Below the pieces are notes generated by a model. It was not told where the DNA came from and did not search any database. It saw only the letters and a list, made by a program, of their open reading frames with translations. Positions 12,091 to 26,751 of a DNA stretch of 64,000 bases are shown piece by piece. Both the position numbers and the translations under genes were made by a program. The stretch comes from the human T2T-CHM13v2.0 reference genome, Homo sapiens: NCBI RefSeq assembly GCF_009914755.1, contig NC_060926.1; one strand, given 5' to 3'. The stretch's first letter is position 1, and every line of letters starts with the position of its first letter.

Positions 12091-13136
12091 GCATGGTTAA
12101 GATACACTTTGTAATGGGGAATTATGATTGAACTGCAATTTGCAGTTTCTGGAGCCCACTTCCATTTAAATTTGCAGTTTTATCCATTGTTATTCAATTG
12201 TTTTAAGTAATTTAAGTGCCAGGCAATGTTTTTGTATTCTTTCATTGGAACAAATATTTGAGTAGGTTTAACATAAAAATTGATATAAACAGAGGCTATA
12301 TTTTTGGTTCGGGACCATTAAAGGGCAGATATTTGGAGAAGTGCTTTTGAAAGAGTTTGGAACCTGCCTAAGTCTGTGGCTCTCACCAGCTGCCCTCCTA
12401 GTTTCTCTCCCTCAGCTTCCTCCCACATCTGCAAGGAGCATGTATGCAGGGACTTCTCACTGAGTCAGTCCCTCCAGCAGTCTCCATGTGTAGTCAGGGC
12501 CTCTAGAAGTCTAAAGAGGCCCATGGTCACTTTTTTTTAAGACTCTTCTTAACTTAAAAAATAAGGAAATACCACAATAAGGCTAACAAAATATGATGTA
12601 TTTTAAATGTTTGCTCTTAATGAATTAATGCCTCTAATACATGTGAATAGACACAGTGACTTAATGATTAGCTTTTTTATCATAGAAAATGTCAAAATTT
12701 TAAACTGAAGCTGCTTCCTTTATGGAAGGCTAGGCCAAGTGGCCTTTCTGAACCCCTTCAGATCTCTGAGTGCCCTGGGACCATCTGCTCACCCAAACCC
12801 TGCCCAGGGACTCTCTTTCTGGCCATTGAGGCCCAGGTGTACAGCCCTGCTTACATGTGACCACGCCCTTGTTCACTGTTGTTTTCATTTCACAACTGGG
12901 AAAGCCCCATTGTCTCCTGGCCCATTACCAACTGCTAGAGCCTTTTTCAAATTGGTTCTCTTACTTCGAAAACTCTCTTCATGTTTCAAAACACCAGAGC
13001 AGAGAAACTCATGCTAAATTAGGTAATTTGTAGAGCAATCCCTTGAACTAGAAAAGAAGTTGGTATGGCTGTTTTGTTGCAGTCTGCACAGATAACACTC
13101 AACATCCTAATGGAACTAAAATGCATTACTCTGCCT

Positions 13137-13238
13137 AGGGGAGAGAGAAAGACAGGGGATGAAAGAAGAGAGAGAAAAAGAAAGGGAGAGAGAGAGGGAA
13201 GGAGAAGGGGAAGGAGGAAAGAGAAAGAGAGAGAGAGG
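13137..13238. repeat. GA-rich polypurine tract
   Basis: About 100 bp of almost only G and A, ending in (GA)n. Confidence 0.9.
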
Positions 13239-13869
13239 CTACAATAACAAGCAGTCAGTTTTCCCTCCTGAAAATCTTCATGTTTAGAAGACATATACTC
13301 TACACAAATCCTAGTTCCTGCTTGCACATTGTGACACCCCAATATACCTGAGAATTCTTTGACCTAATGAGGTTCCTCCCAACCCGTGATTTACTCCACA
13401 TGCCCTGTATATCTCTTGTCTCACTATCAACTCAGAGCAATTGAGATTAAATTCTGAAAAACAAGCCTCATCATAATAGAAAATCCAATTAACTTTAGAT
13501 ACAGTAGCTGCACCAGCAGCAGCACTGTAATTTTGCCTTCTATGAAAATGGTTTAGCTGTTCATTAGGTAGCATGTCAAAAATTAAACAATGCCAATTAT
13601 TTTTCTTGTCCCTATAGCTAGCATTATCTGGGGAATTGTATTAGAAGACTGATTACTGATATACCTTTTAACTAGATGTAATTCTTGGAATCTTTGTTTT
13701 TTCCTGTTATATCCTTTCTTGGATGTCCTGGTATAAGGTAAAATAATTATCTCTGGGGAACTCAGATTGAACTTCTGTTCAGTGGTTTGGAGATTGTAAA
13801 ATGATGATGTTGATAATGTTGATGTCATTTTTAGCTGTCGTAAGTGAAACGTGATGTTAAATAGTGATA

Positions 13870-14060
13870 TTATCATGCTTACTCTCTCAGCTACTTTATA
13901 AGAAAAGTAAGAAAGTGATTGTTATCCTGGCTTACAGGGAGGGAAACTGAGAAGCCATATGATTGGCTCAAATTTTCATATGGGATGATTGGTAGAGCTA
14001 GAAGCAAAAGCCAGGTCTTGACCCCAAGCTAAGTGTTCAGCCTTCAGACTATGCCTTCTC
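13870..14060 (-). mobile_element. MIR
   Basis: TTACAGGGAGGGAAACTGAG...GGTAGAGCTAGAAGCAAAAGCCAGGTC. Confidence 0.65.
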
Positions 14061-14524
14061 ACACTGGCAAAGCTAACATGCCCTGGCTTCCTATTGCATG
14101 CCCTGTTTTTATTACTTTTTTTTTTTTTTTTTTTTACATTTCTGGCTTAGTTGTATTGAATAAGAATATCCACTCTTTACCACAAAATTGTGAAGGAAAG
14201 ATGATTTAAAAAAAAAAAGAAAAAGAAAAAAGATGATTTAAACATAATCCCTGTCCTCCAAAGGGTTAAACCAGCACCACAAATACAAAGCAGATAAATA
14301 ATTAGCATATTAGACAAACAAGAAAATTCTATTAAAGCCTTTTGCAAGTAGACATAATGTAGATTATAGGTGAGTGTATGTGCATACTTATAAGAGTTTT
14401 ATGAAACTTAAAGGAGATCTTATTTGGTTGGGAGTAAGGAAAAATCAGGGAAAGCAGGGAGGAAGCTGGGTTACACTTCCCTCCCCTGTGGTTTCTTTTG
14501 GTTTAGCCAGTGTGCCCATCCCTA

Positions 14525-14710
14525 GGGGAAGTTTCTCCAATTTAACAATGACAATTATTTTTAAGACATAGGGAACGTCTTAAAAATGCAGATTCATAGC
14601 CCTGCCCCAGACGCTCTGCTGCAGTGAGATCCTGAAATCTGCATTTTTAGCAAGGCTTCCTACGGCTTAGAGTCAAGCCTTTGGACTGCCTACTCCTTGA
14701 GAAAGAGTGT
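14525..14710. mobile_element. MER5-like MITE
   Basis: TAAAAATGCAGATTCATAGCCCTGCCCCAG...GAAATCTGCATTTTTAGCAAG...TTGAGAAA. Confidence 0.7.
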
Positions 14711-14779
14711 TTTAAGACCATGCCATGAACCGGTTTCAAGGAAAGGAGAACACTGACTTGGGAGATAGGGATGGTACAG

Positions 14780-14809
14780 GTGGTCTTTGTAAATAGTGGT
14801 CTTTGTAAA
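14780..14809. repeat. Short direct duplication (period 16)
   Basis: GTGGTCTTTGTAAA at 14780-14793 and 14796-14809. Confidence 0.9.
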
Positions 14810-15129
14810 CTCTGACATTGCGGTAGAGTAGGACCGAATGAGGAAAGGAAGAAAGAGCTAAGTGATTAACTAATACAGCCTTTGCACAGCTCACATGTAC
14901 TTGGGCACGGCCCCAACTGAGAGCATCAGAGAAATCTGATTCCTAACAGTGCTTCAGCTTTCCCTGTCCGTCTCCTACATTTCCTCTGACCCTCGTATTA
15001 TGCTCCATCTGGGGCACGGCTGCTCTCATTTTGCATTTATGAATAATTTGAGGCTATATTTAGGCATCTCCAGTCATTAGGTACCTACATTTCTGTATAC
15101 AGCCTATAAGGTTTTATATATTTTTTTAG

Positions 15130-15400
15130 AATTCTAGAAATTCATGAGAAAGAAAGCTCTTAATATTAGGTCACTTAGTCAATTACCTCCTTTCCTGCCT
15201 AATGCAAGATTATTCCCAATAGCTCTGTTTCTAGCGCTCTGTTGCCTATTTTTAAATGTACTAACTGATGGTGATTCTGCCACTCCCCTCAGGAGACCGT
15301 TATCCTGGCTCGCCACTCTCAGTGTCAGGGGGCATTCCCTGCTAATTAGCTCCAACTTGCTATTTCTTGCTTTTCCCATTATCCTTGGTTATCAATTCCC
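15130..15400 (-). mobile_element. L3/CR1 LINE 3' fragment
   Basis: Minus ORF 15179-15379 (LTLRVASQDNGLLRGVAESPSVSTFKNR) matches the CR1 ORF2 C-terminal motif LTVRVVxxWNxLPxEVVESPSLxxFK. Confidence 0.8.
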
Positions 15401-16044
15401 TTGTAACAACATTATTTGTCTCACATTAGTTATATATTTTTAGATAGTTTCCACAGTTTCACAAGCTACTCTTAAAAGGAGTTGAGCTATTCAGTACCAG
15501 ACCATATCTTAATTAGTCACACTGTGGAAGGATGAAGATGGAGTTAATGGAATTGGTCACTGGGTTCTCCTGTTTCTAGCAATATATTGCGTTATCCTGT
15601 GCCTGCATTTCCATACTTGTCCACATTGATTTTATCAGTGTGAGGTCACCCTTCTCTACAAAGCAATGTCTTCTTTAAGCGTAATGCATCTAGGGCATAA
15701 GACGGTGTACAAGAAAGGGCCACTTCCTTATCTGACAAATGGGGGGTGAGAATGCCCACTATTTAGATCCCTACAAATGTTCAATGATAACGGGCATGCA
15801 AATAATTTAACAAAAATTCTAGTATGCAGTATACATAAGAAATCCTGAGGCATATCTGTACACTAAAATGAATACAGATTTGGAAGCCAAATAGACCTCA
15901 TTCTATTTTTATCTTTGTCACTTGATGGTCGTATGACCTTATCAACACTTACATGCAATTATTTATTATATAATACTTCACAATTTGCTGGACTGAAAAT
16001 TTCTCAAAGGGAGGTATTATGTCTTACATATATTTATGCACAGT

Positions 16045-16118
16045 GCTTCGACTTACGTTGTTTAACCTTCCTGAGCCTTAGTGTTCCCGTCTGTGAATTG
16101 AAGTGGGTGTTACATACC
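16045..16118 (+). mobile_element. MIR core fragment
   Basis: TTTAACCTTCCTGAGCCTTAGTGTTCCCGTCTGTGAA. Confidence 0.55.
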
Positions 16119-16120
16119 TC

Positions 16121-16610
16121 TGTGTCACAGACATTTTATGCCCTGGCTCACATCTTCTTAGCCCACCTTTTTTCTCTAGCTATTGCTATAACTACCAGAT
16201 GTGCACAGGAATAGCCTGATGATAGCTCACCTCGGCTGCACCCTGAGAACTCTGCCATCACCCAAGAGACATCTGCAGGAGGCTGGCTGCAGGAAGAGAG
16301 CCCTCTTCTAACATTTAATCAGTGGTCCACACTGGGGAGATACAGTTATCACCACTGAGAGAGGGAGGTACTATTGGCACCTAATAGGTAGAGGTCATTG
16401 TAGGATGCTGTTAATGTCCTATAAGTACAGCATAGCCCCTCACAACAAAGAATTATCTAGTCCAAATGTCAATGGTCCCATTGTTGAGAAACCTTGACCT
16501 AGAAACTGCAAAAACCTCATCGGAGGAAGAAGCTTCATAAGATACTCTCCTCCCTGTCATGTTCTGCTCCCATCTACCCTCACTGTCTCCACACTGGACC
16601 CAACAGAAAG
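16121..16610 (+). mobile_element. Possible 5' LTR (LTR16-like) of the ERV-L, interrupted by MER20
   Basis: TG start (TGTGTCACAGACATTTTATGCCCTGG) directly upstream of the ERV-L internal sequence; heavily decayed. Confidence 0.35.
16320..16496 (+). mobile_element. MER20 (hAT-Charlie), internally deleted
   Basis: CAGTGGT start; GGTAGAGG...GGATGCTG...CCCCTCACAACAAAGAATTATCTAGTCCAAATGTCAAT...GTTGAGAAACCTTG. Confidence 0.88.
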
Positions 16611-18200
16611 TTATTTATCTAATCTGTAAGCGTACATACTAAACAATTAGCAGATTCCCTCCATTGTTTCCTATCCTATAGAATGAGAGCTATAATGATA
16701 GGAATGTTTAGGCCACAGCACCATTGTGAAGTGTATATGATCCTGGCTTTGGAAGAAAGTAGTACAACCAGAGAATTTTAAGACCTGGTTAATGCACCCA
16801 GGAGAAGCCAGGGGAACAGGTGTAGGAGTAGATCTTAGAGTGCCCAACACAAGGTTAGCACATAAGGCTGGAGAAGGGAGAATGTATTGATGTTAGAACA
16901 CTCTCCCGTGACATGGGGTTCAACATCTTAGCAAAGACACATAGAACTGGTCCTAATACACTGCTAAAATTGTTCCTTATAGCTTTGTCCTTATCAAAGT
17001 AATTAGGTAAGTCAGGCCTTGGCAGGGTTTTGGGGAAGGGCTTGAAGGGCTCAGGGAGGTGGAAATGTTGGAATGGGTTTACTGTGTTACATCAAAGTAC
17101 CCACCACCTGACTCTGTTGCCTGAGGGAGTCCAAAGAACACTCCTACAATCAGTCAATGAAGAATGCAGAGTGAGGGGAGCACCACCATTGTGGAGAAGC
17201 TTGGTTGTGTTGTTGACAGTGGGAAGTGCTATGTTAGAACCAGTCTCCCTGGTATCAATGGAATTGATAGGATTCTCAAATAGGAGAGGCTAATTTGTCT
17301 TCACAGAAATAGGGTGGTCATAATTTCTGAAATAAACAGTGAGGCCAGAGTGATGACCTGAGAGCTTTGACCCATAGGAATCGGTAGCAGTTGTTAATAA
17401 ATCATGGGAGCAAGACAGATGGGCAGCCAACTAGAGTTTCACTTCATCTATAGAGCCAGCAGGAGAGATCTGGAAAGCAAAAAACTGGTGTCTGTCGCCC
17501 CAATGGGAAATCACACTCTCTCACCCATTTACTAGATCTAAGTCAGTTCCCAGACACAGAGCTCAGTCTCTGATCCAGAGCTCAGTGACTATCAAAGAGA
17601 CTAGGTCCATTTGGCAATATCCTGCAACACCACTGCAAAAATTTAAAATAAATATCTCCTGATCCTTTCCCAAAGGGACTTGAAGCTATTTACCAGAATA
17701 TCAGATATACACTGGGGAAACAAAAATACCCAGACCATGCAAGGACTTTTAGACTCAGAGTCTGAGTTGGCTCTAAAAGCAAGGAATTGAAAATGCTATT
17801 GTGACCCTTCATTAGAAAGAGGCATGTAGAAGCCAGGTGATGAATAGAATCCTGGCCCATGTCCATCTCATAGTCGTCCAATGGGGCCGCAGGCCACCTG
17901 TGTGGTTATTTGCCCAGTCCCTCAGTACAATCAAGATTGGTTCCTTGGCCACTGAAATAAGAGCCACTGTGGGTTTGGAAGAGACATGGGAAGTTCCCCA
18001 AACTGCAATCCTACATCTCAAGAGAAATTGCAGAAATTAGCACCACCACCAAAGACTTGAAGGATGAAGGGATAGCCTCATTCAATTCACCTATTTGGCC
18101 CTTGCAAAAACTAGAAGGATCATCATGAATGATAGTGGACCAAAGTTAACATAACCAAATGGCATCCACAATCACATATACCATGTCAGATACGGTAATG

Positions 18201-18336
18201 TTTCTTCCATTGAGGCATTTTATTTGTAAGTATGTATTCCATCTCTAAAAAGAATCCCCAGATTTTTCCTCCTGTTTGTTTTTTGTCTTGCTTCTTCATG
18301 GTCATGCCAGCTGAGGTTGTCAATACAATAAAACCA
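18201..18336 (-). pseudogene. RPS15A: Processed pseudogene fragment of ribosomal protein S15a (3' CDS plus 3'UTR)
   Basis: Minus strand reads GGTTTTATTGTATTGACAACCTCAGCTGGCATGACCATGAAGAAGCAAGAC...ACAGGAGGAAAAATCTGGGGATTCTTTTTAG, i.e. GFIVLTTSAG/DHEEAR/TGGKIxGFF, matching the RPS15A C-terminus. Then a 3'UTR with AATAAA (18219-18224) and a short A-rich remnant. Confidence 0.9.
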
Positions 18337-18651
18337 GGATCAAAAGCAATTTGCTATCATGTGGAAAAGACAGTAGTACACATTTACTGTTTTGCCCAGG
18401 ACCAGGTTACCTCTTCTGCTCTCTGTCACAATATAGTCCACAGAGACCTTCATTTTCTTGGTATTACACAGAACCAGCATGATGTTGCTTAACAGCAATG
18501 AGGACATCATGGTCCTTGGACCAGGTGAGGACAGAAGCAAGTACTCAAGGTGTCCTGGTAAGATACATACATGCTAGGAGGAGGAGAATAAAACCCTCAA
18601 AGTTTCAAAGACCTACCATATGTATGATGTCTTTAAAGATCCTATGAACTG

Positions 18652-18936
<285 letters not shown>

Positions 18937-19407
18937 TCAACTGGAACATGTGGGAAAATTCCCCTTTAATATAAATGACAAATTATTGCACCCACACCTC
19001 CTACCACTAAGAAAGAGGCACTGTACTTGGTAGTCTTATTTGGATACTGGATCATTTATTGAATGACCTGGGAAGCTGCCATTTTCAAGTGTGGTATGTG
19101 TTGCCCAGAACAAGAGAGGATCCTGTAACAGGTCCAGACTGCAGTGCAAGCTGCCCTGATGCTCAGGCAGTATGACCTAGAAGATGGATGGTGCTAGAGG
19201 AGTCCTTAGTGGATTAAGATTCTATACAGAGTCTCTGTTAAACCCCAATGTAAGAGTTGAAGCACAGACCCTGGGTTCTGGAGCAAGGTTAAACCTTCAA
19301 AGAGAGAGAACTACTCATCACTTCAAAAACAACCCTGGTGTGCTTTTGAACCCTAGTAGAGAACATAAAGTGTGATTATGCAACTGGAGCTGCCCATGAT
19401 GAGTTAG

Positions 19408-19824
<417 letters not shown>

Positions 19825-21307
19825 TAACTTGGGCACCAGCTTATGCAGGTGGCCCCAGTCTCCATGTGACTTTCCTCTGTTACACTGATGCCTCTCCTTC
19901 AACTTACACCCATGTTCCCATGAGGGTTTCCATACAACCAACTCACAGAGGAGGAAATACGTGAGCCTGGTTCACAAATAGGTTAGCTCAACCTATTTAT
20001 GATAACTGAAAATGGAGTGCCACCACAATACAGCCCCGCTCAAAGGTGGCCCTGAAAGATAGTGTAAAATTGTAATGATCCTAGCATGTATAACTCTAAG
20101 CAACTTTGGTCACACACCAGAGAGAAAATGCCTAAAGCACAGATGCGCACAAACTTTTGGGCTGACAAATGGCTTTGCTGATTAGTCAGGATGCTGAAAG
20201 TAGCAAGAATAAGAGTTTAAAGACAAGGATGTTTGAGAAAGAGGTTTGTGGATGAATCTCTGGCAGAGGGCCCAAAGCATGTATGGGTATTTTGTCTTGT
20301 AATAATGTCCACTGGAAAGTATTCTAGAGCACTCAAAGAGGCACTGGACAACCATGTAGATAGGATCACTTGTCCAGGGGATGGCAGTGAGCTTCTGACC
20401 TCAGCCACCCAGTGCTTGCACAGAAGTCCCATGCATGAAGCAGACTTGGTGGCAAGGATGAAGGCCATGCATAAGCCCAACAGCATGGACTCTCTCATTA
20501 AGACTTCTCTAGCTACTGCCACTGCTGAATTTCTAAACTGTCAGCAGCAGAGACTCAATATAGTGCTTCAAGATGGAAACATTCCCCAGAAAGCTGGTCA
20601 ATTACTTGGTAGCAAGTTGATTACACTGGACACCTTCCATCCTAGAAAGACAGCAATATATTCTCACCAAAATTCATGCCTATTTTGATTATGAGTTTGC
20701 CTTTGCTACCCAAAGTGCCTCCACCAGCATCATCTGAGGGCTTAAATAGTACATGATTTACCAAATGGAATTCCCAAAACATTGCTTTAGACCAGGGGAT
20801 GTGTTTTACAGTGCAGAAGTGCCACAATGAGTACATGAGTAGAGAATCCACAGGTCCCATCATATACCACATCACTCTGAAGAAGCCAGCCTAGTAAAAT
20901 GATGGAATTCCTTGTTCAAAGGCCAGCTAAGGAGGCCACGTGGGGAACCACACCCAACAAGGCTGCTGCCCTCCAGGATTCTGTAGGTGCACAGAACTGA
21001 TAGCCAATATATGGTGAAGTAACTGGAATACATAAGCCTGAAATCCATAGATAGGATTGGCCCTTCTCATCACCACTCCCAGCGGCACAGTTGCAGGAAG
21101 TATGTTTCCCATCCCTACATCCTTAGGCTCTTCTGGATTAAAAGTTCTGAATCCTGGTGTGGGGGTGAGTATGGACAGTGCAGGGAGGCTTCCACCAGGT
21201 AACACAGAAAAGTAGAAAGAGTTCCACCAAACTGAAAGCTATGACTACTATTTTGTCATTTGGGGCTTCTCAAACTGATGGAGCAGATGGGCTATACTGA
21301 TGAATAA

Positions 21308-23484
<2,177 letters not shown>

Positions 23485-23595
23485 GACATATCTGCCCACT
23501 TTTTCACGTTTTTAAAATGCTTTTTTTGTAGAGAAACCTTCTGTTTTTCACAAGGAAAAAGAGTTTTCAACTTCTTACTTTCTATTTGCTTTTAG

Positions 23596-23914
23596 TTTTT
23601 TGTTGTTTTTCTTGTTGTTGTTTTGAGACACGGTCTCACTCTGCCACCCAGGCTGCAGTACAGGGATGTGATCATAGCTCATTATAACCTTGAATTCCTG
23701 GGCTCAAGAAATCCTCCTGCCTCAGCTTCCCAAGTCGCCAGGACTATGGGCATGCACCACCATGCCTGGCTAATTATTTTTTATTTTTTACCTTTTGTAG
23801 ACAGGGTGGTCTCCCTATCTTGCCCAAGCTGATCTCAAACTCCTGGCCTCAAGTGATCCTCCCTCCTCGGCCTTCCAAAGTGCTGGGTTTACAGGTGAGC
23901 CACCTCGCCTGGCT
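23596..23914 (-). mobile_element. AluJ
   Basis: Antisense dimer with GTGATCATAGCTCA and CCTGGGCTCAAG (J diagnostics). Confidence 0.92.
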
Positions 23915-23934
23915 TACTTCCTTCTTTAAGTAGG

Positions 23935-24030
23935 AAGGCATTGGAACAAATCCTTGCTACCACCACTAGATGGGTGAAATTGACCCAAGGCCTCGATGTC
24001 CTTGAGTCTCAGTTTTGGTGACTAAAATCC
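23935..24030 (+). mobile_element. MIR fragment
   Basis: AAATCCTTGCTACCACCACTAGATGGGTGA...CTTGAGTCTCAGTTTT. Confidence 0.45.
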
Positions 24031-25339
24031 TTACCCTTCCCACAGGAACATCATGGGGATGGGCGTGGGAAGAGAATATACTGTGAAAGATGTAACTACT
24101 ACTGTTACTATGGTTTTGCTTAAAGTAGACTATAAAAGAACATCTACCTAAAAGAAGTGTCTGGTACATCATCAATCTACAGTTAGTCTGTTCACATAAG
24201 CTAATGCTATCAATTCTGCTGAAAAACCCAGACAGGACTGGTTTTTCCGTGGCCAACCTTTCTCTAGTCTCCATGATCTGCCATGTCCTATTTCACTCTC
24301 TTTATCATTAAAAACTGTGCTCATTGATACAATATTTGACTCTTTCCTGCCTTTTAAAAATTCAGCACATGAATGAATCACCGAGTTAGAGAAACAGATT
24401 AAAGGAAAAGCTAAAATATACAAATGTACCCGTTGCAAGGTCCCGGCAGTAAATTTTCAAAATAGCTCTGTGCAACGGACAGAATTAACTTTCCCTTTAT
24501 TCTTCTGGCAGTATGTCTCTGTAGAGTCTGGCAGAGACATTTAACAGAACAAAATGAAACTTTATTTTCTCCTTGTATTGGTCTGATGCTGTCAGCCCGA
24601 GAGTCTTTTGGAATGCCCCGGTGCACTCCAAATGGGCTCTGTGAGCTCACAGGAGGCAGGAACAATGGCCTGCAGACTGCTGAAGTGGGCAGTGCTGCAA
24701 CCTGGAACCACACCAGCCCTGCTGGGAAGGAAGCCTGTCCGTTTATCAAACTGACAGCAAGGCAGCAAAGGGAGCAGCTGAAGCATCCTCTGCCAAGGAC
24801 GAGCATAATGCAGAAAAATACGTCATTGCTGCTGGTGAATGAATATATTTCTGGTTCAATTGGTGGACCATATCACCAGTCAACTAAAGTAATGGACAGT
24901 AGAGAATGACCAAGAGTTATGTCCTCCAAGTAAAGCTGAAAATAGGTTTACCTGAAGTGAGTTATTGAGTTGGAGTCAGACTTGCTGGCCTCATATAAGG
25001 AATAGAACGCTAGTATCTTACTTGTATCTCAGAAACTATTAAAAGCTTTGCCCTAAGCGCACCCAAGGCCTTTTCCAGATCATGAGTCAAATTTCCCCAG
25101 CTTTTGATTATGGTTTAAACTATACTGGCAAGAGGCTGTTACTGTTTAGATAAATTTCAAATAAGCAAAGCCTTAATATCGGAGATGCTACGACTGCCTC
25201 TCCAAAGGGTGGCTTAGTATGTGTTTTAAACAGAATACAAAACATTTGCATTATTTCTAGTTCCTATTTCACCATCACTACAAAATGCCATTTGCCTGGG
25301 AAAGCCAATATTACTACTGAAACACTGAAGGCAGAGTAA

Positions 25340-26435
25340 CATACTGTCATTCCTTCTTTGCATAACATGCTTTCCTAGTATCAAATACCTCTCATTTATA
25401 GCACTATCACTATTGTAATTTTACATTAATTTACTTATATGATTATTTGAGCAATGTTATCTCTACCACCAAACTATAAACTCCAGGAAGCCAGGCTGTG
25501 TCTCTTTTTGCTCACCTATTACCATCCCTGATGCAGAACCAAAACATCTGTAGAATGACTATTATTTAGCAGGGCCATTATCAATGAGTTTGTATTAGTT
25601 ACCCACAATGTGCTAAGAATTGAGTAATATAAAAAAGAACAAAGAGCTTAGGCTCTAGTCTTGAGAAGTTTACATTCTGAGATTGTTCCAGGTTACAATG
25701 AACTCCTAAGCACCCACATACCCCACCCCACCATTCTCTGTACACTTATTTCCTGCTGCATTTGTCACTTCTAGCATACTATACAATTCGGTTTTTTGTT
25801 TTTTATTAACTTCTGCTGCCTCTCATTAGAATGTCAACTCCAGGAGGCATAAGTTTTTTTTATCTGTTTTATTCATTGATGTTGTGCAAGTTCCTAATAA
25901 TTGTACTAAATGATCATTTCTTCCTCTTGGAAATACTTCTGTATTTCTGATCTGGTCACCTTTCCTTTGCTACCTTATCTCCTATTACTCTGTCCATCAC
26001 TCACTCCATTCCAGCCAAGCGTGCCAGGCAGCTCCAGCCTCAGGGGCTTTGCACTTGCTCTTCCTTCTCAGTAGGAAGCTCTTCCACACGTTCCCCCATG
26101 CCTCATTCCCTTATCTCCTTCAGACCTTTCCTCAAGTCACCCTGTCAGTGGCTTCTTCCTTGAGAACCCTATTTAAATGTGAGCCCCACCCTTCCCCACA
26201 ACACACAAACACTCCTGGACCTTGCCATCTTCCTGCCCTGCTTGCTCTCCAGAACTCTTCACAGTCTGATACACAATATTCGTTATCTGTTGTCTCTTTC
26301 CCTCCCTGACCCCAGACACACTGAAATTCTAAGCTCCATGAAGACAGACATTATCCCTTCTTTACTCCTTTTCCACATCTAGAAAACTGGGTTACGCTCG
26401 GAACAAAATAGTATTTGTTGAATAAATGAATGATC
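25340..26435 (+). mobile_element. Cluster of L2 3' fragments (about three plus-strand pieces; a short minus piece at ~25570-25680)
   Basis: Repeated L2-terminal motifs AAACTATAAACTCCAGGAAG, AGAATGTCAACTCCAGGAGG, CTCAGGGGCTTTGCACTTGCT, TAAGCTCCATGAAGACAG and GTATTTGTTGAATAAATGAATG. Confidence 0.75.
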
Positions 26436-26714
26436 ACAAAGGCAATTTTTATACATGAAACACCAGATTTTAGAAAATTCCACTTTAGAAAGCATACACA
26501 TGATTATAATAAGATGTATGAATTTCAAATAGGAAGTTGAATATGAAATAAAAAGTATAATAAGAAGCAGGTGGCTTGGAAAGGTTAAGTAATACAAGGC
26601 ATACATCTTTGCTTTTTGATGAATGCAGTGCTAGAATTTAGGTCGTTGATAAATTTTGGATGGAAAATCTTAGCAGTTGTTTGCTATCACATCCTATTCT
26701 TGAAGGCAGCAATC

Positions 26715-26718
<4 letters not shown>

Positions 26719-26750
<32 letters not shown>
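26719..26750. repeat. (CA)16 microsatellite
   Basis: Direct read. Confidence 0.97.

Positions 26751-26751
<1 letters not shown>

Noticed and set aside
20233-20688. 151-aa ORF as a possible gene
   Set aside because: It is a decayed ERV-L RNaseH/integrase-junction frame, surrounded by stops and frameshifts.
23961-23976. CCACTAGATGGGTG as a CTCF site
   Set aside because: Lacks the conserved C after GG and lies in a decayed MIR-like segment.
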